The notes under the pieces: generated by a model
The model's input: the letters and a program-made list of their open reading frames with translations, nothing else
The model's database searches: none
What the model was told of the DNA's origin: nothing
Shown: one piece after another, positions 38,632 through 50,747 of the stretch
How the letters are laid out: each line of letters starts with the position of its first letter
How positions within the stretch are numbered: the stretch's first letter is position 1
Origin: Octopus bimaculoides
Lineage: Eukaryota
Reading direction: 5' to 3'
NCBI RefSeq assembly: GCF_001194135.2
Contig: NC_068982.1
Location: forward strand, 28,036,047 to 28,090,792
DNA: 54,746 bases
Translations under genes and position numbers: made by a program

Positions 38632-40628
38632 ATGGCGAGCTGGCAGAAATGTTAGCGTCCCGGGCGAAATGCTGAGCGGTAATTCGTCTGTATTTATGTT
38701 CTGAGTTCAAATTCCACAGAAGTCGACTTTGCTTTTCATCTTTTCGGGGTTGATGAATTAAGTACCAGTTGCATACTGGGGTCGATGTAATCGACTGGCC
38801 CCTTCCCCCAAAATTTTGGGCCTTGTGCCTAGAGTAGAAAAGAACTGTATAATTTGTGTATCCTAATCACAGCAGATATGCTGTCATCATCGTCATCATC
38901 TCTATTTAATGTTTGCTTTCCATGCTGGCATGTGTTGGACTGTATTAATGGCTAGTTAAAGCTAGTACAAGTGAGATTCACTGCTGAAAATGACCTTGAT
39001 TTGATGTACCTTAATTTCGTTACCACTTACCTGCAGAGGAGTGAAAGCCACACTGGATGCTGTTCCAGCTATTTGTCTTTTTACAGTTGTACTTCCTCCC
39101 CACACTTGGTTCTGTTTCTGAAGTTTTTGCTGCAGGAAAAAAAAAAAAAAAACAGAAAATAGCTCAATATATACATTAATTATAAAGAAGTATATGATAC
39201 AACAATTATATTTTTTCCATCAATGTTAGCAATTAGTAGTGAGTTGGCTAAATCATAGTATGTCAGACAAAATGCTTTGCAATATTTATTATGGCTCTGA
39301 GGAGTCAAACTGGCAGAATCGTAAACACACTGGACAAAATGTTCAGTGACATTTCATCTGTCTTTATGTTCTGAGTTCAAATCCCACTGAGGGTGACTTT
39401 GCCTTTCATCCTTTTGGGGTCAATAAGATAATTTACCAGTTGAGCACTGGGGTTGATATAACTGACACACCCTTCCCCCAAATTACTGGCCTTGTGTCAA
39501 AATTTGAAACCAACATTTACTATGGCTGTGAGGTGGTAGAATCATTAGCAAGTCAGACAAAATGCTTAGCGGCATTTTGACTGTCTTTACGTTCTGAGTT
39601 CAAATGTTGCCAAAGTTGATTTTGCCTTTCATCCTTTAGGGGGTGATAAAATAAGTGCCAGTCAACCACTGGGGTCAATGTAATTGGCTAGCCCCACTCA
39701 CCCAAAATTTCAGGCCTTGTGCCTTTAGTAGAAAGGAATATTTATTCTGGCTCTTTAAGGCGGTGAGCTGGCAGAATCATTAGCATGCTGGGCAAAATGT
39801 GTAGTGGCATTTCTTCCAGCTTTACATTCTGAGTTCAAATTCTGCCAAGGTTGACTTTGCTTTTCATCCTTTTGGAGTTGATAAAGTAAGTACAAGTCAG
39901 GGACTGGGGGGGGTTTTCGATGTAATTGACTTATCCCCTCCCTCTGAAATTGCTGGCCTTGTGCCAAAATTTAAAACCAATACTCTGGTTCTTTGCATTC
40001 TGAGTTCAAATCCTGCCAAAACCAGCTTCGTTTGCATTTTTCNNNNNNNNNNNNNNNNNNNNNNNNNNNNNNNNNNNNNNNNNNNNNNNNNNNNNNNNNN
40101 NNNNNNNNNNNNNNNNNNNNNNGTGGGGGTGATAAAGCACCAGTTAGTTGGGATGCCTTGGGGGTATTTGTTTTAGTGCTTTGCTTTCTGAGTTCAAATC
40201 CCAGTAGACTACATGGATGCAGGACTTTATTACCTGGTTTAGTACCACCACCTGGTCTAACTTGGGTTAGATCTCCTGCTTGAGGTTACTGTCTGTCTGT
40301 CTTTACCTTCCTCCCACAATTTTCTCACCACACATGCATGTACAGTCTGGACCATTAAAAAATGCCATACCCATTTATCCTATAGATAGACTTAATATTC
40401 TTCAATTATTAGGCAGCAAACTGGCACAGTTGTCAATGCACCTGGAAAAATGCTAAGCAGCATTTTGCCTGTCTTTATGTTTTGAGTTCAAATTCTGATA
40501 TGGTTGACTTTGGCTTTCATCCTTTTGGGGTCATTTAAATAGGTACCAGTTAAGCACTGGGGTTGATGTAATTGACCTCACCCCTTTCCTGAAAATTGCT
40601 GGACTTGTGCCAAAATTTGAAACCAATA
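38632..40628 (+). mobile_element. Cluster of same-orientation SINE family B copies (about 38632, 39297, 39530, 39757, 39980 fragment, 40410)
   Basis: Repeated ctggcagaat..ttctgagttcaaat..gactttgcctttcatcc..aagtaccagt blocks. Minus copies lie at about 8540-8690, 11970-12160, 34050-34385, 35060-35270 and 38030-38230. Confidence 0.85.
39031..39129 (-). CDS. PRPF31: PRPF31 penultimate exon (99 nt), QKLQKQNQVWGGSTTVKRQIAGTASSVAFTPLQ
   Basis: cctgcag| acceptor and |gtaagt donor. Contains the GTASSVAFTPLQ motif. Confidence 0.98.
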
Positions 40629-40884
40629 TTCTTCAATTATCTTAATATTGTAAAACCATCTTTTCTACTCGTACTACTACAATAATACTCTTTGCTCCTC
40701 AGAGATTTCTTACTGTATTCTAATTTCACCTAAACTGATTATTCCATTCCAATCTTTTTCTCCTGTTTATTACCTTTTCTATTCTAAGAGCCTAATCTAA
40801 GTACCTTGCACCAGCTCCTTTTCCCCCCATCTTTTCTGCCCATACCTACTATTCTGTAACAGCTCAAACTAAACATTAATCATA

Positions 40885-41113
40885 TTAACCCTTTAGCATC
40901 TAAGCTGGCCGTATCCAGCCAAAATATTCAGCCCTGTTTTATCTTTAAACTGGCCCGATCTAGTCTCTCACACTGTTCCTACAATATTATTCTGAAAATA
41001 AACAACTATGCCATTGAAATATCAAAGCTACAAGGTAGTACATGACTAATTCAGATTAACATGAATAAACAAGCATTATATTTGACAGAGAAATCTGAAT
41101 GTTAAAGGGTTAA
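40885..41113 (+). mobile_element. piggyBac-type MITE, copy 2
   Basis: TTAA-CCCTTTAGCA...TGTTAAAGGG-TTAA, same family as 19983-20197. Confidence 0.8.
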
Positions 41114-41201
41114 CCTAAGCTAGCTGTTGCTATTTTCTAATCCAGGAGAATTTGACTAAATCAGATACACAATTAGTCACAAGAATACTTTGAAAAAGAT
41201 A

Positions 41202-41280
41202 TATTATAATTCTTAAGTTATAATATATTATAGCTCTTAAGTTATAATGTATTATAGCTCTTGAGCTTATAATATATTAT
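41202..41280 (+). repeat. 24-bp tandem repeat x3 (tattatagctcttaagttataata)
   Basis: Directly visible imperfect units. Confidence 0.75.
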
Positions 41281-41536
41281 ATTAGCTAAAAATATATTAC
41301 AGTTCTTTAGCTGTAATAGAACTTTGAATATGTTTATAGCAAGATTAAAATACATTTAAGTACATTTGCTTCTACAAATTTAGTAATGTAATTTTTCAAC
41401 CATGTCCAAAAGATGGTGTACTTGGTTATCATAAAAAAAAAATGCAACATGGTGGAAATATAGATAAATAGAATGTGAGAGAAGGGGGAATGATAAAAAG
41501 TGAAGGAGAAAAAGGGTGAGAGGCTGATACAAAGAC

Positions 41537-41573
<37 letters not shown>

Positions 41574-41594
41574 ATGAATTTGGAAGATTCTTAC

Positions 41595-41723
41595 TTGAAG
41601 TGTTTTGGAGATTCTTGCTTTAGTTTTAGAATCCACGACAGGGCCCCTAACTCGACCTGATTTGGAGCGTTTGATATTTCCTAAGGAGAAGCCAAGATCT
41701 TCTTGGTAGGCATCTTCCTCAAT
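41595..41723 (-). CDS. PRPF31: PRPF31 internal exon (129 nt), IEEDAYQEDLGFSLGNIKRSKSGRVRGPVVDSKTKARISKTLQ
   Basis: tctctag| acceptor and |gtaaga donor. Contains IEEDAYQEDLGFSLG and TKARISKTLQ. Confidence 0.98.
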
Positions 41724-44416
41724 CTAGAGAAATAAAAAGTAAAATTACAAAAAGCAAACGAATAAAATAACAGCAATTCAAGAGACTCGTTAATAGATAA
41801 CATTAAAAAATGGTTAAAATGAACAATGACATAAACAGACATTTTTTTAACGAGACTGACTCACAAAATACATCTTTAATTTTCTACCTGTTTCAGTCAT
41901 TGAACTGTGGCCATGCTGGAGCCCTGCCCTAAAGGGTTTTAGTTGAACAAATTGACCCCAGTGCATATTTTTTAAAGCCTAGTACTTTTTTTTATTGATC
42001 TCTTTTGCCAGACTGCTAAGTTACAGGGATGTAAACAAACCAACACCAACTGTTATGTAGTGTTGAGGAACAAACACAAGTACACACAGGTGTACATACA
42101 TACATATATGTATATCATCATCATCATTTAATGTCCCTTTTTCCATGCTGGCATAGGTTGGATGGTTCGAGGAACAAATGAGCCAGAGGGCTCTTCCAAG
42201 TTCTATGTCTGTTTTGGCATGGTTTCTACAGTCGGATGTCCTTCCCAATATCTTACTGGGTGCTTTTTATATGACACCAGTACTGGTGAGGTGACCAAGT
42301 ACCCGCAAGGTAAGACTCCTCAACTGAGTGGGGTATAAAATGGAGAAAGAAACTATAATAGGAGGGAGCAGGTGTCTTGTTGAATACATTGGTTTGTCCA
42401 CCTGGAAGTGACAGAAAAAGAGAGAGAAAGATAAAAGAAAGAAATGTGAGGGCTGGGTACGATATGAATATGAGATAGAATAGGATAGTAGAGTGAAAAT
42501 ATTGTGACAGATGATTACGGATAGGGAATCAGTTAAACACAGAGGATATCAGTTCAGTGTAGTGGGAAGTGAAGAAAATAGAAGATGAAAAGTGGGGGGA
42601 AGCTTGACAGAGCCTCAGTTCTCCTGAGATGGATGGATATTTTAACACTTTATACATACATACTCTTTTACTTGTTTCAGTCATTTGACTGCAGCCATGC
42701 TGGAGCACCGCCTTTAGTCAAGCAAATCGACCCCAGGACTTATTCTTTGGAAGCCTAGTACTTATTCTATCAGTCTCTTTTGCCGAACCGCTAATTTACG
42801 GGGACGTAAACACACCACCATCGGTTGTCAAGCAATGGTGGGGGGACAAACACAGACACGCAAACACACNNNNNNNNNNNNNNNNNNNNNNNNNNNNNNN
42901 NNNNNNNNNNNNNNNNNNNNNNNNNNNNNNNNNNNNNNNNNNNNNNNNNNNNNNNNNNNNNNNNNNNNNNNNNNNNNNNNNNNNNNNNNNNNNNNNNNNN
43001 NNNNNNNNNNNNNNNNNNNNNNNNNNNNNNNNNNNNNNNNNNNNNNNNNNNNNNNNNNNNNNNNNNNNNNNNNNNNNNNNNNNNNNNNNNNNNNNNNNNN
43101 NNNNNNNNNNNNNNNNNNNNNNNNNNNNNNNNNNNNNNNNNNNNNNNNNNNNNNNNNNNNNNNNNNNNNNNNNNNNNNNNNNNNNNNNNNNNNNNNNNNN
43201 NNNNNNNNNNNNNNNNNNNNNNNNNNNNNNNNNNNNNNNNNNNNNNNNNNNNNNNNNNNNNNNNNNNNNNNNNNNNNNNNNNNNNNNNNNNNNNNNNNNN
43301 NNNNNNNNNNNNNNNNNNNNNNNNNNNNNNNNNNNNNNNNNNNNNNNNNNNNNNNNNNNNNNNNNNNNNNNNNNNNNNNNNNNNNNNNNNNNNNNNNNNN
43401 NNNNNNNNNNNNNNNNNNNNNNNNNNNNNNNNNNNNNNNNNNNNNNNNNNNNNNNNNNNNNNNNNNNNNNNNNNNNNNNNNNNNNNNNNNNNNNNNNNNN
43501 NNNNNNNNNNNNNNNNNNNNNNNNNNNNNNNNNNNNNNNNNNNNNNNNNNNNNNNNNNNNNNNNNNNNNNNNNNNNNNNNNNNNNNNNNNNNNNNNNNNN
43601 NNNNNNNNNNNNNNNNNNNNNNNNNNNNNNNNNNNNNNNNNNNNNNNNNNNNNNNNNNNNNNNNNNNNNNNNNNNNNNNNNNNNNNNNNNNNNNNNNNNN
43701 NNNNNNNNNNNNNNNNNNNNNNNNNNNNNNNNNNNNNNNNNNNNNNNNNNNNNNNNNNNNNNNTTTTCATCTACCAAATTCACTCACAAAGATTTGGTTG
43801 GCCTAAAGTTTTGCCCATGGTGCCACACAATAGGAACAAACCAGGATCCACGTAGTTGGGAAGCAAACTTATTACACACACTCATGCTTCTACTTATTAG
43901 CAATAAACAGCACTAAAATAAGTGTGCAGTAAAGAGTAAGAATAAAGTTTCAAGTGGAGTTAAGTATGCTCCCAGTTAAAGCTATTCGCTTCCATCTCAA
44001 TTCACTATGTCAAGCCTCTTGACAATAGAGGAAGAACAGAACAATGACTGTCTATAATTCTTAAGCTTTCAATGTATCTGGAGATCACAAGGAACCATTC
44101 TGGTGTATCATGCATCAAATACTATGGAAACTATAATGTATGAATAACTAACCAGCATTATAACAATAGCAAGCTGTATCATCAGCCATAGTCTATTTTG
44201 AATGCCATTATTTTCATAAATAAAAAGTTAGTGATAAAAAGAATAAAACAAAAAAACATTAAGTAATTTTAATTAACGTAGAAATTGTCACTGCCATTGG
44301 CATCATAATCATGTGTTTCCATCATAGAAAGCTTTGGCTTCAGGTCTTCTTGCATTGCTCAGCACAAAGTGCAGCAGCTTTCTTCACTGAGTTTAGTTGG
44401 CTACTACTCTTGTACA

Positions 44417-44806
44417 GTGGAGGCGCAATGGCCCAGTGGTTAGGGCAGCAGACTTGCAGTCATAGGATCGCGGTTTCGATTCCCAGACCGGGCGTTGTGA
44501 GTGTTTATTGAGCGAAAACACCTAAAAGCTCCACGAGGCTCCAGCAGGGGATGGTGGCGAACCCTGCTGTACTCTTTCACCACAACTTTCTCACTTTTTC
44601 TTCCTGTTTCTGTTGTACCTGTATTTCAAAGGGCCAGCCTTGTCACACTGTGTCACGCTGAATATCCCCGAGAACTACGTTAAGGGTACACGTGTCTGTG
44701 GAGTGCTCAGCCACTTGCACGTTAATTTCACGAGCAGGCTGTTCCGTTGATCGGATCAACTGGGACCCTCGACATCGTAAGCGACGGAGTGCCAACAACA
44801 ACAACA
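44417..44806 (+). mobile_element. Full-length tRNA-derived SINE with (AAC)n tail
   Basis: A-box-like tggcccagtggttagg, B-box-like ggtttcgattccc and an AAC tail. 11-bp target duplication ACTCTTGTACA at 44406-44416 and 44807-44817. Confidence 0.9.
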
Positions 44807-44817
44807 ACTCTTGTACA

Positions 44818-45210
44818 TCCATTCTATGCAATGCTGACTATTTTCAGGTCATCTTGAAATGTCTGTTGCCAAATGGCCTGTCCTTTTTATGCTTGCTGAC
44901 AGGTGGCACTCAAGAATCGAGTACATTTGCAACATACATTTCCTTTTTCCTTGAATCTGTGTCATATTGTCTCATCTATAAGGCAACATGATACAGAATC
45001 AAGGGAAAGGCTTGTTATCAGGCCTTAAATAACCTCATCACTTCTTTCTATGTCTTACTTGGTCTAATTCTAGTATGCCAAACTTCCACTGTCAACCCAG
45101 AGCACTTTTCAGCTACCGAGTATCTCATTTAATTGTATTACATATTCAATACAAGTTCAATTGCCTCTTCCTGACCTTGAACTTTTTCAGCAGCTCTCTG
45201 ACTAGATACA
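44818..45210 (-). mobile_element. Degenerate RTE-like LINE 3' remnant
   Basis: Minus-strand fragments KCSGLTVEVWHTRIRPSKT*KEVMR resemble the RTE C-terminal GRPRKTWxEVV segment. Confidence 0.4.
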
Positions 45211-45329
45211 ATCACATGAGTTACTAAATCTATTACTTTATGCCAATACAGTCAGGATTTGGATTGGAATCTAATTTCAAATGCTTAGGAAAGAATATTT
45301 TTTTGTTTTTATTTGTAGGGTCTGGAGGA

Positions 45330-45615
45330 AAGAGTAGGCCTTGTGGCCTCTGCAAGTACTCTGAAACCGGTGAGATTGATGCCAAGTTAACACCTGTGAG
45401 GAAAACGTGAGCAGGGAGATTACAGACAACCATGTTCCGGGGATGAAGAACTGAGCATAGTTGTTAGTGTGAGGCCTGGCTGGAGTGAAGGGAGAGGAGG
45501 TTTGAACATGGTAAATTTAATCCAAGGAGGTGAAATGACTGGGTGGAGAGTGCCTGAATGGCAGAGATGTGAGATCCACCAGTCTTGAAGAACAGAGACT
45601 ATTTTAGTAGCCGTA
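45330..45615 (-). mobile_element. LINE (CR1/L2/Jockey group) 3' end remnant
   Basis: Minus-strand translation gives FYGY*NSLCSSRL...RPHTNNYAQFFIPGTW, then by frameshift NLPAHVF. This resembles the C-terminal (W)NxLPxxVF segment of such ORF2 proteins. Confidence 0.55.
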
Positions 45616-46312
45616 GAATATCTGATGATGATATTGGTTACGGGAGCCAGGTCAAGCGGCCCTGGCACTGACCACATTCAGATGGTGCTTTTTACATGCC
45701 ACCAGCACAGTAGCCAGTCAGGCGGACTTGGCATTAATAACGTTCGGTGCTTTTTTTTGACATGTACAATTAATAAACTTAACTTAATGTAAGGTAAATT
45801 AAAAACTTCCATTAAAACCTGTATTGACAGAGGATGTTAGTAAAGAAATGATGAGAAGCAGAATATAAGTACTGAATGTGAAAAATCTGCTTCGTTCATA
45901 CAATATCCATTGTTTCTCCAAACTTGCCAAAACTGTATATCAATCAGCCTCACTTAGACCAATAAGGTGCACAATCTTTTTACCTTCCAGCATCCCTGCT
46001 TCATAATGATTTGTAATATCCTTCTTCCCCAGAATTACACTCCTTTAGAGATCTTTTTCTATCAATACTTTCACCACTGACCATTTCAATAGTCCAAATG
46101 GCATTGAAATCTCTTAATCTGGGATTTGCTCCTGAATTTAGATGTGTCTATAATTTATTACAAGTACTGCTTCTATCAAGGCTATCACACACACACACAC
46201 ACAATAAATAAATAAATAAACAATGGAAAACAAGAAAAGAATGATTAAATTATGAGTTGACCATAACACCACTTAAAAATAATACAATGCAAAAGTACTA
46301 TATGAAACTAAC

Positions 46313-46385
46313 TTCACCAAAATTCATTCTGTTACCAAGCTTCCTTATCTCTGTTAGTCCAAGACGCTCTTTCATTTTTCTTGCT
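46313..46385 (-). CDS. PRPF31: PRPF31 internal exon (73 nt), (R)ARKMKERLGLTEIRKLGNRMNFGE
   Basis: tttacag| acceptor and |gttagt donor. Matches RKMKERLGLTEIRKxxNRMxFGE and is phase-compatible on both sides. Confidence 0.97.
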
Positions 46386-46737
46386 CTGTAAAATAAATAT
46401 GTAAAACATTTGATAACAATACAGGGAAAGAGAAAATGGTTTCAGTTAGAAGACAGAGTGTAAGATTGAAGAATTTATAATTCAGTCTTTAAACGGACAA
46501 ATTAACATGCTTTTCAGAATTTGTTTGACTTTAGTTTTCTTTATAATTTAATTTTAAAATATTGTTTTACATTCACTTTTTAATAATAATATCAGCATGG
46601 TAATGGCAATTTATGTTTTTCTATATTCATATTTTGCAAGAGAACTGGTGGAGTTAGTGGTCTTGTAACAAGATGGTCTTCCAACTGTAAACTACACAAC
46701 CAGTTGGAATCTTTTTCTTTTACCTCTTTGAATGCTT

Positions 46738-46966
46738 TTAACCCTCTAGTTCTTAAACCAGTCATATCCAGCTGAAAATATTCTACCTGTTCCATATCAA
46801 AACTGGCCACATCTAGCCTTCCACACGTACCTGACAATGTCATACAAACCATAAACAATCACATCATTGAAATCTCAAAGATATGAGATAATGAATGATT
46901 AATTTAAAACAAAGTGAGTGAAAATGTGTTACTTGTAACAGAGTAATCTGAATGCTAAAAGGTTAA
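46738..46966 (+). mobile_element. piggyBac-type MITE, copy 3
   Basis: TTAA-CCCTCTAG...TGCTAAAAGG-TTAA, same internal sequence. Confidence 0.75.
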
Positions 46967-47541
46967 TCTCTGGACTGCAGCCATGCTGGGACAGTCATCA
47001 TCATCATCGTTTAACGTCTGCTTTCTATGCTGGTATGGGTTGGACGGTTTGACTGAGCCAGATGGCTGCACCAGGGTCCAATCTGATCTGGCAGAGTTTC
47101 TACAGCTGGATGCCCTTCCTAATGCCAACCACTCCAAGAGTGTAGTGGGTGCTTTTACGTGACACTGGCACGAGGGCCAGTCAGGTGGTACTGGCAACAA
47201 CCACGCTCAATGGGTTTTTTTTTTACGTGCCACCTGCACAGCAGCCAGTCCAGCAGCACTGGCAACGACCTTTTTGTATTCATGTTTTCAATTCAAGATA
47301 CAATATGAACTAAGTGTTTCTTACATCAATTATGATACTATGGGTAGAGAGGAAGGCAAGTTGAGACGTTCAAACCTTTTCCAAGGACAATAGTGATGTA
47401 GCTTAAATAATATGAACCCTGCCTGCCAAATACTGAGACAGTTATAGTTCACTTGGCTGTTGACTTCTTTTACAACAGAGTAGAAAATAACAGACAAAAT
47501 ATAATTTTTATAATAATGTTTGACACAATACATCAGAAATA

Positions 47542-47861
47542 CAGGTACTGAACCTCTTATCTGGAATCCAGAAATCTGGATATTTTTGAAACTGGTTAGC
47601 TTTGAATTTTGTGGGCTGTAGTAATTCACCTATATATTATACGTGGTATTGTATTCTATATTTTAAGAGTTTTAAGAATTTTAAGAGGCTTAATAAAGAT
47701 CAAACAAACTCTGCTTTAGAAATGTATTAATTTGTATGCTATACAATTTTGTTATTTACTTTACGTTGTTTATTTTATATTTTCGGTATATATTTAGCCT
47801 GTGACCAGAAATTCAGACCACCTCTGGTTTCAAGGCTGCCGGATAAGAGGTTCAGTACCTT
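47542..47861. mobile_element. Tc1/pogo (Tigger-like) MITE, ~320 bp
   Basis: TIRs caggtactgaacctcttatctgg / ccggataagaggttcagtacct, preceded by TA on the left. Confidence 0.75.
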
Positions 47862-48879
47862 TATTGAGACACAGAACAAATGACAAAACATCTTATGGCA
47901 TTTGGTTATGTCCCTTTGTGCTTTGGATGATATCTCACTCATAGCATCCGATCAATTTTAAGATTTCAAGCAACTTCCCTCAATTTTTATAATGGTATCA
48001 TCCATAAATCATAACTACCTTCATATAAATTGTCAAATCTTTTATGTTAAGTATAGTAACATACAGTAGTAATTAACAAGCTCGACCATGGCTTTCACTG
48101 CGTCATTTTGAAATGTGTACATATTTATTTTAGGCAGACCACATACTGATTTAAAGCTTTAGTGTTCAGTTTTACTCTGTCAAATGCTAAACTCAGTGGT
48201 GGCTCGTAGATAAAATTAGTTGGAGTGCTGCTTCAGAAAATTTTTAGCCTTTGTTTTAATACTGTGTAAAAGGAAACAAACAGATAAAAAGAAAATTCAC
48301 ACATAAACTTGAATGGTTTGCATTTTAGTCACTGCCAGGTAGTGTGTTTAATTTGTACACTGAACGCCACCATGAATTACCCCTTGTTTTTCAAAAATCC
48401 CCACTAAATCACAAAATAAGGTGGTGGGGAAATATGCCCTATTTTCCAAATCCTGGCAGCAACACTGAAGCTGGAAGTAGGATAATAATCTAATTCTACA
48501 TTTTATCACATTCAAGAATATAAACAGGTTTTTAAGCACAACACACATGGAATCAAAAAGAAACACTACCTTCCACCCAGCACTGTCATTCACGCAGTGC
48601 TCTCTCTCCCTTGTGTGAAGCTTCCTATCTCGGACATGTGAGCATGCGCACAACAGCCAAACACCGTGTCACTGGAACTGTGAAGCGCAGTTCTATACAG
48701 GGATTTTTGTATTTTTCTCATAAACTAGGAGATGGCTACTGACATTAAGCTTAAGAATTGTATAATGTACAAGTATAAAGAAAGAATTAAAGAAAACAAG
48801 GACGCATTATATTGAATGTTATCAACAATATCGAGTGGAAATAGTGGGTGCTGCAGTTCCTATACACGAGCTGCCACTG

Positions 48880-49072
48880 GTAATACTTATTTATTCAGTG
48901 TTTTGAATTAATTATGCATTATCTTATAGCTTTGAGATTTTAATGATGCAATTGTTCATTTTTAGAACAACATTGTAGGGTAGAGGTGGGAGGCCAGATC
49001 TGACCAGTTAGAACATAAAAGCAGGTAGAGTATTTGGGCTTGATATGGAGGATTTGTATGCTGAAGGGTTAA
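48880..49072 (-). mobile_element. piggyBac-type MITE, truncated inverted copy
   Basis: Ends tgctgaagggTTAA. The interior is the reverse complement of the family body, and the other end is not visible. Confidence 0.6.
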
Positions 49073-49421
49073 AACCTTGGTCACGTGGCACTTGCAAATA
49101 TTTCCACTTCTTTATCTTGAATCTTGGCATGAAAATCAAATATGGTACTCCTGGTTTTAAGAAGATATTTGCAAATTTAAATGGAAACCTTTTGGCTTCC
49201 ACAGTATATAAATGTGAATTGATTAGTATAAATGATGACGAGTGCAGTTAGCAACCACAGAGATTTTCATAGAATTTTACAGATATTAACTCAATTCTTT
49301 AATTAAATCTATTTCAAATTTGAAAGTAGGAATTACACTTCAAAGGGATTATCAATTTTCCTTCTTAATCACCCTGCCCAGATTCCCACAAAATTGTTGT
49401 ATGTATGTAAATGTTTTTTAC

Positions 49422-49639
49422 CTGCGACCACCACGTTTCTTGCGAGGGGGATCAATGGGTGCCGGTAATGGCTTGACATGTTTATATTTGTGAGGTTCCA
49501 TCAACTTGTCTAATTTGTGCTCAATTTCTGCTTTGAGAGTTTCTCCAACATGACCATCTTGACTTTCATGGAAGCTATCAACACGTGCAGCCAAAGTACT
49601 TTTGGCAGCAACAAACTTAGCTGCAGTTTTTCTTAAATC
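49422..49639 (-). CDS. PRPF31: PRPF31 internal exon (218 nt), DLRKTAAKFVAAKSTLAARVDSFHESQDG...KPLPAPIDPPRKKRGGR(R)
   Basis: cactag| acceptor and |gtaaaa donor. Contains LAARVDSFHES and the KKRGGRR basic motif. Confidence 0.98.
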
Positions 49640-49918
49640 CTAGTGAAAGAAATCGAATTTTTTAAAATGAATGTATCAATTTGAAGATTTAGTAAATGAA
49701 AAAGAATATCAAACCACTGTGACATTTCTTTGTTCTTTATATACAACATCATCATTTAACATCTGTTTTACCATGCTGGCATGGGTTGGATGGTTTGACA
49801 GGAGCTGGCAAGACCAAATTCCATAGTCTGTTTTGGAATGGTTTCTATAGCTGAATGCCCTTTTTAATGCCAATCACTTTACAGAGTGTACTGGGTGCCT
49901 TTTACATAACATCAATAC

Positions 49919-50127
49919 TTTTTATGTGGCACCATTATTGTGCTTTTTACTTGGCACCATCAGCAGTGCTTCTTTTTATGTGGCACTAACAGCAGTGCTT
50001 TTTATGTGGCACCAACACCAGGGCTTTTTTATGTGGTACCAGAATCAGTGTTTCTTATGTGGCACCATTATCAGTGTTTTTTACGTGACACCATCACCAG
50101 TACTTTTTACATGGCACCAGCACCATC
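49919..50127 (+). repeat. Degenerate ~26-bp minisatellite, about 8 units (ttttatgtggcaccatcagcagtgc)
   Basis: Recurrent tttta(t/c)gtggcacca cores about 25-29 bp apart at the end of a family C SINE. Confidence 0.85.
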
Positions 50128-50180
50128 TTAATTTGTGTATCAAATAAGAAGATTTTATGAAAATTCAAAAGGAAACTTAC

Positions 50181-50338
50181 TAGTGGTGTTTTGGTGCAAA
50201 TTTCACATTGATAAATAAAGCCTGTATGAGGCATTATAGCAGCAGTGGAGAAACCAGAGAGAGTTTTTTTCTGTGCACCAAGAACTAAGAGATTACAGGC
50301 TGGCATTTTTGAGAGGTTCGTTAAGCCACCAGCAACAC
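50181..50338 (-). CDS. PRPF31: PRPF31 internal exon (158 nt), (G)VAGGLTNLSKMPACNLLVLGAQKKTLSGFSTAAIMPHTGFIYQCEICTKTPL
   Basis: tttacag| acceptor and |gtaagt donor. GVAGGLTNLSKMPACN is the Prp31 Nop-domain signature. Confidence 0.98.
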
Positions 50339-50747
50339 CTGTAAAATGTAAAAATTTAAAAGCTTAAGAAATTAAATGTTTAATTGAAATATTTTAACAG
50401 TGTTATCTGAAAAGAAACATGTTTCTAATGTGGTAGAGTGACAAGAAAAATACCAGAGGCATTATTGTAAAAGAATGTATTTTGTACAATAAATTTCTGA
50501 TTTTGGAGTTTGTGCTTATATTAGAAAGATTTAAACAAACAATTATGGAATCTAATGACTATTTAATAGTTCTTAACGTTTTTACTATCAACATGTCTAG
50601 ACTGTCCCTGGCTCTATGATATGAATTTCCTATTACTGCAGAAACCAGTTATATCAACTGAAAATTTCATTACATTGAATAGCAGAAAACAGTTTTATAT
50701 ACCAAGCTATCTTTTGTTGAGGAATGTCATGTTTGAAATTATTTTTT

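Noticed and set aside
42791-43916. ORFs of 320-360 aa
   Set aside because: They are almost entirely an N gap within a SINE.
44419-44490. tRNA gene
   Set aside because: The tRNA-like head continues into a SINE body with a tail and TSD.
48560-48700. Two small hairpins suggesting an intronic H/ACA snoRNA
   Set aside because: The H and ACA boxes are not correctly placed and the stems are short.
49919-50127. CRISPR-like appearance of the 26-bp array
   Set aside because: The context is eukaryotic, the repeats are degenerate and there are no unique spacers. It is a SINE-derived minisatellite.
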